This document shows positions 53,662 to 62,686 of a stretch of DNA of 64,000 nucleotides, piece by piece; position 1 is the stretch's first letter, and each line of letters opens with the position of its first letter. The notes under the pieces were generated by a model. It was not told where the DNA came from, made no database searches, and was given only the letters and a program-made list of their open reading frames with translations. Source of the DNA: Acidobacteriota bacterium (GTDB lineage: Bacteria; Acidobacteriota; Thermoanaerobaculia; Multivoradales; J023); the NCBI GenBank assembly GCA_038748685.1, contig JBCDIS010000006.1, positions 5,185 to 69,184 of the forward strand. The letters run 5' to 3'. The translations under genes were made by a program, and so were the position numbers.

Positions 53662-54345
53662 TCATTCGATTCCTTGGAAGCATCGATGCCACCGGGTCCT
53701 GGAAAGTCTGAAGAATAAGAGGTGCCCTATCTTACCCCAGCCCGCGGGCTGTTCCTCCGGCTGTCCGAGCCGCGTCGACCAGTAGACGAGGAAGGCTCGG
53801 CCCCGAAGACCCGTCCGCGGTACGGGGCCCCAGGAGCGGGAGTCACGGGAATGATCTCGGTGGTCCCCCAGGCAGAAGAAGCGGTCTTCCCGGAGATTCC
53901 ATAGGTGCCCGGGTCCATGGCCGCCGCTGGCTTCGCCGAGTCGATCCGACGGCCCGGGGGGGATAGGGTTGCTGATCTGCACATATCCCGACTCGTCGAC
54001 CCGCCGTCCATCGATCCAGAGTCCGTGGTCTCGGATTCCGACCTCGTCCCCGGGGAGTCCGAGACAGCGCTTGACCCGGTTCTCGTAGGGAGAGAAAGCC
54101 AGGCGAAAGACGACGACGTCCCCCCGCTGTAGATCTCGCACGGGGAGCAGGGCGGCGAGGGGCTCCGGAAGTCCTTTGCGGGCTGAAAGACCGAATCGGT
54201 TGACGAGGATGTGGTCCCCTGGCAGGAGGGTGGGTTCCATCGACCCGGAAACGATCCGCACCGGCTCCACCAAGAACGTGCGGACATAGGTCGCCAGCAT
54301 GACGGCGATGACTATCGCAGTCACCGAAGACCGAAGCATGCTCAC
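53662..54345 (-). CDS. Signal peptidase I (second, divergent copy)
   Basis: SGSMEPTL (Ser), VKRC (Lys), GDHRDHSRDSR.WG. Confidence 0.85.
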   Translation of the reverse strand: MSMLRSSVTAIVIAVMLATYVRTFLVEPVRIVSGSMEPTLLPGDHILVNRFGLSARKGLPEPLAALLPVRDLQRGDVVVFRLAFSPYENRVKRCLGLPGDEVGIRDHGLWIDGRRVDESGYVQISNPIPPGPSDRLGEASGGHGPGHLWNLREDRFFCLGDHRDHSRDSRSWGPVPRTGLRGRAFLVYWSTRLGQPEEQPAGWGKIGHLLFFRLSRTRWHRCFQGIE

Positions 54346-54361
54346 CCCGCTCCGGGTGACG

Positions 54362-55063
54362 TCACCGGATCAGGTGGAACGTTCGTTCCCAGCGGGTCTT
54401 GGTGAAGAAACCGGTGGCGGTCCGGAAGACCTGGCCGACCTTGTGTCCCCAGGTGCGCCACTGCCCGTCCGGGGTCTCGCCGCCGTAGGACCAGTAGACC
54501 ACGAGCGCTCTGCCTTTGATGTAGTGGCTGGGGACCGCGCCCCAGAAGCGGGAATCGTAGGAGTGGTCCCGGTTGTCGCCGAGGAAGAAATAGTGGCCCT
54601 CGGGAACCGTGAACGGGCCGAAGTTGTCCCGCTGTCTCGCCTCTCGGCTGACGTATTTGCGATCGGGGAAGGTCCTGGGATCCCGATTCGAGGCGTAGGT
54701 CGAGTTGTCGACCTCCTGGCCGTTCACGAACAGGCGCTTCTCGACCATTCGGATCTCGTCCCCGGGAAGGCCGATGCATCGTTTCACCAGATCCGTCGTC
54801 GGACTCTCGGGGGATCTGAAGATCACGATATCGCCGCGGCGAACGTCTCGCCCCGGGAGCGTGCCGTCTTCGGTGGACGTCGGCGTCGGACCGAAGATGT
54901 AGCGGTTGACGAAAAGATGGTCGCCGATCAGCAGCGTGTCTTCCATGGATCCGCTAGGGATGTAGAAGGTCTTCACCAAGAAGGTGTTGGTGAAACCCAG
55001 GAAGATTCCGGCGATTAGCAGCGCCTCGAAATACTCCCGCAGCACGAAACGTCGTTTCTCCAT
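54362..55063 (-). CDS. lepB: Signal peptidase I
   Basis: IPSGSMEDTL, RGDIVIF, LVKRC, GDNRDHSYDSRFWG. Confidence 0.93.
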   Translation of the reverse strand: MEKRRFVLREYFEALLIAGIFLGFTNTFLVKTFYIPSGSMEDTLLIGDHLFVNRYIFGPTPTSTEDGTLPGRDVRRGDIVIFRSPESPTTDLVKRCIGLPGDEIRMVEKRLFVNGQEVDNSTYASNRDPRTFPDRKYVSREARQRDNFGPFTVPEGHYFFLGDNRDHSYDSRFWGAVPSHYIKGRALVVYWSYGGETPDGQWRTWGHKVGQVFRTATGFFTKTRWERTFHLIR

Positions 55064-55284
55064 CGATCCAGCCTCTCCGCATGGGTCCTTCGGGGGCATG
55101 GGGAGAGGGGAATCCACGTCCCGCCGCCATCCGACGCAGAGCATTCTGCCTCCGACACATTGTTTTGACAACCGCGGGAACCCGCTATTGGGGGAACTGC
55201 GGCGGCCCCCGCGTCCGCGGTGCGCAGAATCCTCTGACGAGCGTCGGGGTGGGTTGGGAAGCGAGAAGTTCATAAAGTCAATAA

Positions 55285-55329
55285 AATCAGTTGTTTAAGG
55301 GAAATCAAAAGACTGGCAACCGTCTTGAA
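55285..55329 (+). promoter_or_regulatory. Putative IHF site plus sigma54-like promoter upstream of comEA
   Basis: AATCAGTTGTTTA (WATCARN4TTR) at 55285-55297; TGGCAACCGTCTTGAA (GG-N10-GA variant of -24/-12) at 55314-55329, in an AT-rich island. Confidence 0.5.
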
Positions 55330-55501
55330 ATGGATCTTGGCGTCTACAGAAATCATCACCGAAAGGAGGCTGCGACTCGACGAGCCGAGCACGACGCCAA
55401 AAGCAAAGGAGGCCGCGGGGAATCCCGCGGCCAGTCGATCGGGACTCCGAACACGTCGGAGACCCCGAGCCAGAAGATCCAAATCAAGAAGGAGCAGCAT
55501 C

Positions 55502-55963
55502 ATGCGCCAACTGGTCACCTACGAATGCCCTCGACTCAACGTCCCCGCCATCGTCACCCTCGCCGCCCTGCTTCTGGGGACCTTCGTCGCCGCGATGCCG
55601 GCTTCGGCGGCGGAGACCCCCAAGCAGAACGCCGAAGTGGTGAACATCAACGAGGCGACCGCGGATCAAATCGCCCAGCTTCCCCGGGTGGGTCCGGCCC
55701 TCGCCAAGCGGATCCTGGAGTTTCGTAAGGCCAACGGTAAGTTCAAGCGCGCCGACGACCTGATCCTCGTGCGCGGTATCGGCGAGAAGACCTTCCGGAT
55801 GCTGGAGCCCTTCGTGGTGATCCAGGGCAAGACCACCCTGGCCCGCAAGCTACGGACCCGTGATCTGCCCAGCCGCACATCCGAGGAGAAGGCGGCCGGC
55901 GAGGGTTCCACCACGACCCGCGGCGATGTGGCCCGCGGCCAACGGCCCGCGGAGAAGCAGTGA
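55502..55963 (+). CDS. comEA: ComEA-family helix-hairpin-helix DNA-binding protein
   Basis: Signal-like hydrophobic N-terminus, VNINEAT, LPRVGPALA.RI, VRGIGEK; AAGGAG RBS. Confidence 0.88.
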   Translation: MRQLVTYECPRLNVPAIVTLAALLLGTFVAAMPASAAETPKQNAEVVNINEATADQIAQLPRVGPALAKRILEFRKANGKFKRADDLILVRGIGEKTFRMLEPFVVIQGKTTLARKLRTRDLPSRTSEEKAAGEGSTTTRGDVARGQRPAEKQ

Positions 55964-56040
55964 GAGGTGAACGGACCCGGAGGCGGCCCTTCGGCCGCCT
56001 CCCCCTTCTTCGAAGGAACCTCCTTGCGGACAGCCGTACG

Positions 56041-56670
56041 ATGGAGACAACAAGGAACCCAAGGAACGCCGCGCGATCGATGGCCGGGTACACCCTCCTC
56101 GAAGTTCTGGTCGCCGCCGCCGTCGCCCTCCTCACCTTGACCCTTATCTACCCCCACGTACGGCACTGGGGGGCCGGAATCCGAGTGGGTCTGGCCGCCA
56201 GGGAAGTCGCCGCCTCGTTCGGGATGGCCCGTCTCTACGCGATCCGCCACGGCGAGAACGTCGCCGTGAAGTTTCGCACCGACGAGGACGGTGTCGTGAC
56301 CATGGGGCTCTACCGGGACGGCGATGGGGACGGCGTGCGGAACAAAGACATCGATTGGGGAATCGATCCCGAGGAGCGTCGTCCGGTGCCCCTACAGGCC
56401 TTCGACGGCGGTGTCCGTTTCGGCTTTCCCTCCGGCGGAGCCCCCCGCCGACTGGGGGGGACCGGCACGATGGGACGGCTCGACGATCCGATTCGTTTCA
56501 ACCGGAGCGACCTGGCCTCGTTCAGCGTGGTGGGAACCGCGACCCCCGGAACCGTCTACCTGACGGACGGCGAACGTCATCTGATGGCGGTACGGGTCAC
56601 CGACCAGAGCGGCAGGGTCACCCTCTGGCGCTACGACCGAAAGGCCAGCTTGTGGAGGAAGGCCGGCTGA
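56041..56670 (+). CDS. GspH/FimT-like minor (pseudo)pilin
   Basis: Prepilin cleavage motif AG/YTLLEVL, AR..AI helix, GTATPGTVYL..., V...SGRV. Confidence 0.8.
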   Translation: METTRNPRNAARSMAGYTLLEVLVAAAVALLTLTLIYPHVRHWGAGIRVGLAAREVAASFGMARLYAIRHGENVAVKFRTDEDGVVTMGLYRDGDGDGVRNKDIDWGIDPEERRPVPLQAFDGGVRFGFPSGGAPRRLGGTGTMGRLDDPIRFNRSDLASFSVVGTATPGTVYLTDGERHLMAVRVTDQSGRVTLWRYDRKASLWRKAG

Positions 56671-56681
56671 AGGGGGCACAG

Positions 56682-56712
56682 GGGCCGCGGTCGATTGACC
56701 GCGGCCCGTTTG
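56682..56712 (+). terminator. Probable intrinsic terminator after the pilin gene
   Basis: GGGCCGCGGTC-GATT-GACCGCGGCCC then a short GTTTG tail. Confidence 0.6.
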
Positions 56713-56732
56713 TCCGGTACCTTTCGCGAATC

Positions 56733-57101
56733 ATGTCGGCCATCGTAGTAATTACCACCGTCGGGGACGAAGAGCAGGGTAATGGGATCGCCAGGGAGCT
56801 GGTTCTGCGCCGCCACGCGGCCTGCGTCAACATGCTTCCGGGCGTCAAGTCGTTCTATCGCTGGAAGGGCAAGGTCTGCCGCGACGGCGAGTACCTGCTG
56901 ATCATCAAGACGCTGGCCTCGGAGTACGAGGCCGTCGCGGCGGCGATCAAGGAGCTCCACAGCTATGAGCTGCCGGAGATCCTGGCCTTCGACATCTCCC
57001 AAGGCGAGCCGGCGTTCCTGGACTGGATCGGCAGCAGTCTCGACAAGGACGCCGATTTCCCCGACGAAGACGACGACTTCCCCGACCTGGACGCCCTCTG
57101 A
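56733..57101 (+). CDS. cutA: Divalent-cation tolerance protein CutA
   Basis: AACVN, S.Y.WKG, E..L.IKT, HSYELPEI; acidic tail. Confidence 0.92.
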   Translation: MSAIVVITTVGDEEQGNGIARELVLRRHAACVNMLPGVKSFYRWKGKVCRDGEYLLIIKTLASEYEAVAAAIKELHSYELPEILAFDISQGEPAFLDWIGSSLDKDADFPDEDDDFPDLDAL

Positions 57102-57129
57102 AGGTCGTCCTTCGGTTTTGGGCGACCCG

Positions 57130-57681
57130 TTAGGCTTCCCAGGTCAAGAGCCAGCGGGCGGGATGGGAAGGGCCGGCACTGCGCAGGGTCTTGGCGACAA
57201 TGCCGCGTCCTCCGGAGAGCCGTAGCATCTCCCCCAGGTATCCGGCCATCCAGCGGCAGAAGTCCTCGGTCGCCATCGGGAACTCGCTGAGTACCACCTG
57301 CGCCCGGGTCGACCCCTGGACGCCGACCTCCACCTTTCCGGCGTCGTGGTAGAGGCGCCAGAGTCGGGGCAGACGCTGGAGGGTCCCCCAAGGATTGCCC
57401 GGCTGGACCATCGCCGAATAGATGTTCGCGAGGTCGGTGCCGGCGCTGTGGCCGCCGAGCCAGGTCCAGGGGTCCCCCGCTGCCGCCGGAACGAAGTGGG
57501 TCATGGTCCTGAGCAGCGACATGAAATCCTGCGCCGGATACCAGCTGGCCACCAGAATCTGCCGATCCAGGTAGGGCCTTGAACCTTCGTCCAGAAGAGG
57601 TTCGACGTGATCCCTGCGTTCCCTCAACAACTCCACGACCGCCAGCATGGCGGTCCCTTTGACATTCCCCACGAAGGTCAA
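57130..57681 (-). CDS. Hypothetical protein, DUF2378/TIGR02265-like (V4R/H-NOX-like fold)
   Basis: VKGT, L.ASWYP, LW..YHD.G, C...GY motifs; TTGA overlap with the SSS gene. Confidence 0.55.
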   Translation of the reverse strand: MTFVGNVKGTAMLAVVELLRERRDHVEPLLDEGSRPYLDRQILVASWYPAQDFMSLLRTMTHFVPAAAGDPWTWLGGHSAGTDLANIYSAMVQPGNPWGTLQRLPRLWRLYHDAGKVEVGVQGSTRAQVVLSEFPMATEDFCRWMAGYLGEMLRLSGGRGIVAKTLRSAGPSHPARWLLTWEA

Positions 57682-59150
57682 GCCTCCACGAATGCCCTCA
57701 CCCGTGCGGGGTCCTCGGGCCGCGACAGGAAGCTGACGACCACCAGGGCCGAAACGTTGGCCCCCAGTCCGTACAGCCCTTCGTGCAGCCCCGCGATCGG
57801 TTTCAGCTCGGGGTGGCGTAAGAAGATGACGTTCACCAGAAGGCCCGCGACGAGGCCGGCCAGCGCTCCCTTCCCGGTCGCCCGCGGCCAGTAGAAGGCG
57901 GCGAAAACCAAGGGGAAGATCTGGGCGACTCCGCCATAGGCGGCCAACAGGAGATCCACCAACGACATGTCCGAGAGAACGGCAAAGTAGAAGGAGACGA
58001 TCGCCACGAGGACGACGGCGACGCGGATTGCGAACCGCTCCCTGCGATCATCCAGCGATCCCGGAATCAGCTTCGCCACGCCGTCACGCACGGCGATGGA
58101 CGCCGCCGAATGGAGGATCGAATCCCCCGAGGACATCGACGCGGCCAGGGCCCCGGCGCACACCAGGCCGATGAGGAGGGCGGGAAGCTCGATTTGGGTC
58201 AGCAGGAAGGGAAGAATGGTGTCCGCGGGCTCGACACCGGGGTAGGCGAGGATGCCGCTGAAACCGATGAAGAGAATGGGCACCAGGAAGATCTGAAAGG
58301 TGGGGTAGAGCACCACCGTCGCCCGGAGTACGCGGTCGCTCTTGGCCGCATAGCTCTTCATGAACAGGTGGGGCCACATCGAGAAACCAAGACCCGACAC
58401 CACCACCGCCGACGAGAAGCCGGCCCAGCTCCAGGGGGAGCCGTCCGCCAACAGGCCCGGGGCCACCAGCATGTCGGCCTTGTCGCTGGCCGCCAACTGC
58501 TCGAACATCGCGCCCACGCCGCCATATAGGCGGTAGGGTAGATAAAGCCCCAGGAACCAGGCGATGATCATCATGAACACGCCCTGGAATGTGTTGGTCC
58601 AACCGACTCCAAGGACGCCGGAGAACAGCACGTACACGACGACGATGCCATAGGTGACGGCGGCGCCGACGGCTTCGGACACCCGACCGTTGGTGATGGT
58701 GGTCAGGATGTAGCCGGCGCCCTTCATCTGGAGCACCAGGTAGGGCACGAAGGCCGCCACCCCGGTGATGGCGAGGAGCACGGACAGGCCGCGGCTGTCG
58801 AAGCGTCGCGCCAAGAGTTCGGCCTGGGTGACGAATCCGAACCGGGCGCCGAGTCGCCTCGCCCGCGGGCCGAAAAAGTAGAGGGGCACCATGCCCACCA
58901 CGCCGTAGGCGATGACGTAAAACGCCGAGGCGCCCCGGGAGTAGGCCCATCCGGGGGCTCCGAGGAACGCGAAGGACGAAAAGATCGACGCCCCGAGCAC
59001 GAAATAGAGCACCAGGAAGTTCATCGACCGGTCGGCGGCGACATAGCCGGCGACGCTCTTCGACACCCGAAGCCCCGGCAAGACCCCCATCACGAGGGTC
59101 GCCAGGAGGTATGCGGCACAGACGATCAGCGCGACGAGGCCCGCGTCCAT
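57678..59150 (-). CDS. Sodium:solute symporter family protein (YhjB-like)
   Basis: Y..ADRS, SSFAFLGAPG.AY, QMKGAG, WT..FQG, WPH, AASMSS.D; many TMs. Confidence 0.9.
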   Translation of the reverse strand: MDAGLVALIVCAAYLLATLVMGVLPGLRVSKSVAGYVAADRSMNFLVLYFVLGASIFSSFAFLGAPGWAYSRGASAFYVIAYGVVGMVPLYFFGPRARRLGARFGFVTQAELLARRFDSRGLSVLLAITGVAAFVPYLVLQMKGAGYILTTITNGRVSEAVGAAVTYGIVVVYVLFSGVLGVGWTNTFQGVFMMIIAWFLGLYLPYRLYGGVGAMFEQLAASDKADMLVAPGLLADGSPWSWAGFSSAVVVSGLGFSMWPHLFMKSYAAKSDRVLRATVVLYPTFQIFLVPILFIGFSGILAYPGVEPADTILPFLLTQIELPALLIGLVCAGALAASMSSGDSILHSAASIAVRDGVAKLIPGSLDDRRERFAIRVAVVLVAIVSFYFAVLSDMSLVDLLLAAYGGVAQIFPLVFAAFYWPRATGKGALAGLVAGLLVNVIFLRHPELKPIAGLHEGLYGLGANVSALVVVSFLSRPEDPARVRAFVEA

Positions 59151-59151
59151 T

Positions 59152-59442
59152 TCAGCCCTCCCCGCCTCGGTCCGTATCCTCCTCCGTGAGGAACAGGAGC
59201 AGGAGGGCGCCGAACATCACGGCCAAAGCCAGGATCACCCAGGCGAAGGAGAGCGGAAGTCCGAGGATGCGCGGCAGGGAGTCGGCGAACTTCGGATAGA
59301 CGGGCCACGTCAACATGGCGACGACCCCCAGCCAAACCGCGACGAAAGCGCACCTCCGGCGTCGGTGGCGGGCGGAGGTACCGGGAGGAAAAAGCACCAG
59401 GCCCGCCCGCTGGGTCGGGACCGGAGTCGGAGGGTCGTCCAT
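59152..59442 (-). CDS. Small 2-TM partner of the SSS transporter (DUF3311-like)
   Basis: P...PRILGLP..FAW motif; directly upstream of the SSS gene. Confidence 0.7.
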   Translation of the reverse strand: MDDPPTPVPTQRAGLVLFPPGTSARHRRRRCAFVAVWLGVVAMLTWPVYPKFADSLPRILGLPLSFAWVILALAVMFGALLLLFLTEEDTDRGGEG

Positions 59443-59574
59443 CGGAGTCTCCAGCCAGAAATCGTTCGACCCTTAGGGGTCATGGATGGTCGATTCGAAT
59501 CTCATCATAGTCCCTTTCCCGGCGCAGCCCAAACCGGGCCATCCTGCGTCGACGTTGGGGACTACAATGCATCC

Positions 59575-60285
59575 ATGGAGCTGATCGACATCGCCGATAC
59601 CCTGTGCCGGGATCTGGAAGGTCTGACCTTTTCGCCGCCGGTGACCCACGTCTACAACCCCTTCGTCTATGCCCGAGAGCCCCAACGGATCTATCTCGAA
59701 CGGTATGGAAGGGGAGGCGCCGAGACCCTGCTCCTGGGGATGAATCCCGGGCCCTGGGGCATGGCCCAAACGGGGGTTCCCTTCGGCGCCGTCCCGGAGG
59801 TCCGGGACTGGTTGGGGATCGAGGCGCCGGTGCAGCGTCCGGCGCAGGAGCATCCGAAGCGCCCGGTGACGGGCTTCCAATGCCCGCGGCACGAAGTGAG
59901 CGGACGGCGCCTATGGGGATGGGCCCGGGACAGGTTCGGGACCCCCAAGGGATTTTTCGAGCGGTTCTTCGTCCACAACTACTGCCCCCTCATGTTCCTA
60001 GAGGCCTCCGGCCGCAACCTGACTCCGGACAAGCTGAAGGCCGCGGAGCGGCGTGCGCTCCTCGAGCCCTGCGACGTGGCGCTGCGGCGGAGCGTCGAAG
60101 CCCTCGGGGTGATCCGGGTAGTCGGGGTGGGGGCGTGGTCCGAATCCCGGGCCCGCGTCGCCCTCGAAGGGATCGACGTCGAGATCCGCCGGGTCCTGCA
60201 CCCCAGTCCCGCCAGCCCCGCCGCCAACAAGGGATGGGCCGCCGCCGCCGAACGGCAGTTTCGGGAGATGGGGATCGACGTCTGA
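59575..60285 (+). CDS. SMUG1-type (family 3) uracil-DNA glycosylase
   Basis: HVYNP..YA, GMNPGPWGMAQTGVPFG, EVSGRRLW, NYCPL, HPSP. Confidence 0.92.
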   Translation: MELIDIADTLCRDLEGLTFSPPVTHVYNPFVYAREPQRIYLERYGRGGAETLLLGMNPGPWGMAQTGVPFGAVPEVRDWLGIEAPVQRPAQEHPKRPVTGFQCPRHEVSGRRLWGWARDRFGTPKGFFERFFVHNYCPLMFLEASGRNLTPDKLKAAERRALLEPCDVALRRSVEALGVIRVVGVGAWSESRARVALEGIDVEIRRVLHPSPASPAANKGWAAAAERQFREMGIDV

Positions 60286-60320
60286 GGATCGGCAGCCGAG
60301 CCGAGATCGCTGCTTTTTGG

Positions 60321-60893
60321 CTATCTGGGGGGGCCGGGTAGCAGCCCCCGCCGATCGGTTAGGAAGGCTCCGTAGCCGGCGGCCGCTTCGAGGGCGGCCT
60401 CTTCGGCCTGGATCCGGACCCGCAGCACCAGGGCATTGGCCGCCGATGCGGCCAGGGCGGTCCACCAAGCACCGTGGACCAGGGGCAGGGCGGCGACCTC
60501 CAGGATCACCGCGAGGTAGTTCGGATGGCGGAGCCAGCGGTAGGGGCCGCTGGTCACCGGACCCTCTCCGGGGACCACGAAGATTCGGGTCGTCCACCGG
60601 TCGCCGAGGGTGGCGATGACCCAATATCGGAGGGCCATCGTGGACGCCACCACCCCCAGCATCGGCCATCCGACCCAGGGTACGAACGATCGGGGCACGA
60701 GGACGACCTCCAGGGGCGCCGCCACCAGCACGCCGGTGTGGAGCAGTACCATCCACCGATAGTGTTCCGGAGCCACTTCGAAGCCGCCCCGGTCCCGCAG
60801 TCGGGCGGCGTGGCGACGGGTGATCCGCAGCTCGGCGAGCCGCTCCAGGGCCACCAGCGCGATCAGCAGTAGAAACCACCCGGCGGACGGCAT
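60321..60893 (-). CDS. Isoprenylcysteine carboxyl methyltransferase family protein (SrsB/BpsB-like)
   Basis: ERLAEL, HY..MV.LH, LG..WTTRI, GPYR..RHPNY, RI..EE.AL; start coupled to the PKS stop. Confidence 0.9.
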   Translation of the reverse strand: MPSAGWFLLLIALVALERLAELRITRRHAARLRDRGGFEVAPEHYRWMVLLHTGVLVAAPLEVVLVPRSFVPWVGWPMLGVVASTMALRYWVIATLGDRWTTRIFVVPGEGPVTSGPYRWLRHPNYLAVILEVAALPLVHGAWWTALAASAANALVLRVRIQAEEAALEAAAGYGAFLTDRRGLLPGPPR

Positions 60894-61948
60894 CAGAACC
60901 TCAGGAGCACCAGCTCGGAGCAAAACCCCGGACCCATGGCCAGCAGAACCCCGTAGGTCCCGGGGTCCGGCGGGTCTTCCAGGGTGTCCCGGAGCACCAG
61001 CAGAACCGAGGTGGAGGACAGGTTGCCCACCTCCCGCAGGCTCCGCCAGGTTCGCTCCAGGGCTCGGTCCGGAAGCTCCAGGGACTCCTGCATGGCGGTC
61101 AGCACCTTGGGTCCCCCTGGATGGCAGATCCAGGAACCGATATCGTCCCGGCCCAGACCGTGATCCGCCAGGAACCGGTCGACGTCCCCCCGCAGGTGGC
61201 CGCTCACCATCTTGGGGACATCGGCGGAAAGCACCACCTGGAAGCCCTCTTCGGAGATGTCCCAGCCCATCACCCTCTCGGTGCCGCGGTAGAAGACGGA
61301 GCGGGTGGCGAGGACCTCCGGCGCCGGACCGGGGGCGAGGTCCACCTCGGAGCCTGCCACCACCGCCGCCGCTGCGCCGTCGCCGAATAGGCCGGTGGCG
61401 ATCAGGTTCGGGATCGTCAGGTCCCGGCGTTGCACCGTCAGGGAGCAAAGCTCGACCGACAGCAGGATCGCCACCTGATCGGGGAAGGCGCGGACGTAGT
61501 CGGCGGCCCGGGCGATGCCGGCGGCCCCCGCCAGGCACCCGAGGCCGAAAATGGGGGTCCGCTTGACGTCGGGTCGCAGGTCCATACGATTCATCAGGCG
61601 AGCGTCGAGGGACGGCGTGGCGACGCCGGTGACGGTGACGGTGAAGAGGGCATCCACCCTGTCTGCCCCGAGGCCCGCCAGACCCAGGGCGTCCCGGACC
61701 GCCTCCTCACCGACCTCCTGGGCCACCCGAATCCAGGCGTCGTTGGCCTGTCCCCAGGACTCCAGTTCCTCGTAGGCGTCGAGGGGAAGGGCCAGATGGC
61801 GGCCGGAGACCAGGACGTTGCGGTGAAGACGCTCGAGCCGCTCCGGGTTGTGGTGCTGGTCCGACCAGTGGCTCCGAAGGGCTTCGAGGAGCTCGCCCTG
61901 TTCGTAGTAATGACCAGGAAAAGCGCGCCCAACGGCCGCGATGCGCAA
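60893..61948 (-). CDS. Type III polyketide synthase (SrsA/FtpA-like)
   Basis: Catalytic triad GLGC*LAG, H*PGG, GN*LSS; VELCS, LFGDGAAA, MGPGF; TTG start. Confidence 0.95.
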   Translation of the reverse strand: MRIAAVGRAFPGHYYEQGELLEALRSHWSDQHHNPERLERLHRNVLVSGRHLALPLDAYEELESWGQANDAWIRVAQEVGEEAVRDALGLAGLGADRVDALFTVTVTGVATPSLDARLMNRMDLRPDVKRTPIFGLGCLAGAAGIARAADYVRAFPDQVAILLSVELCSLTVQRRDLTIPNLIATGLFGDGAAAAVVAGSEVDLAPGPAPEVLATRSVFYRGTERVMGWDISEEGFQVVLSADVPKMVSGHLRGDVDRFLADHGLGRDDIGSWICHPGGPKVLTAMQESLELPDRALERTWRSLREVGNLSSTSVLLVLRDTLEDPPDPGTYGVLLAMGPGFCSELVLLRF

Positions 61949-61951
61949 CGG

Positions 61952-62677
61952 TCAGCCCCCTTCCGCCGGCGGCCGCGGAGGATCGGTCGGATCCCCTGCC
62001 GCCGTCTCGCCCGCGTCCTCGCCGAAGGGAGCGTCGGCAGGTGCTGCGTCGGCGGAGTCTGTGTCGGTGGGAGTCGTTTCGGCGTTCGTGCCGTCCTGGG
62101 GAGCCCCGTCGTCGGACGTCGTCCTGTCCGAATCGTCCTCCCCAGGGGCCTCGGCTTCGGCCTGCGCATCGCCGTCCATCGTCAGCTCGGCGGGCTCGCG
62201 ATCCCCATCCTCGGTGTCCGGCAGCGCGCCGGCGGGGGGCCCCGGGGGGGACAGCTCGGAACGTCGGGCCAGCAGGGCCAGTACGAGACCGCAGCAGGTG
62301 TAGAGCATCCACCACCCCAGGGCCAGGGTCCACCACGGATCTTGGGGCTGGCGGGTGGCGACCACGATCGTCAGCACCAGTAGGGGCCCGCGAAAAATCC
62401 ACGCCAGCCACCCGGCCACTAGGCCGTCGAGCCACCAGGCCCCGCATCGACCCTGGGCGATCAGGAAGAGGGCCAACAGGCCACAGGACTCCATCAGCCA
62501 GGCGGAGAGGACCACCGTGGCCGGAACCCGCGCCCCGTCGAAGAACCCTAGCCGGAGTACGGAGCCCGACCGGGGCTCTAGATCCAGAAGGTCCACCGCA
62601 ACGCCGAAGGCCGCGAGGAGCAGCATCAGCAGCGGAAGCGCGTGGGTGACGAAGCGGAACATGGGATGACGGCCCAT
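61952..62677 (-). CDS. Hypothetical ~4-TM membrane protein with acidic disordered tail
   Basis: Four hydrophobic segments, then a D/E/P-rich tail; tightly packed between BCCP and PKS. Confidence 0.65.
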   Translation of the reverse strand: MGRHPMFRFVTHALPLLMLLLAAFGVAVDLLDLEPRSGSVLRLGFFDGARVPATVVLSAWLMESCGLLALFLIAQGRCGAWWLDGLVAGWLAWIFRGPLLVLTIVVATRQPQDPWWTLALGWWMLYTCCGLVLALLARRSELSPPGPPAGALPDTEDGDREPAELTMDGDAQAEAEAPGEDDSDRTTSDDGAPQDGTNAETTPTDTDSADAAPADAPFGEDAGETAAGDPTDPPRPPAEGG

Positions 62678-62686
62678 GCGGGTCGC

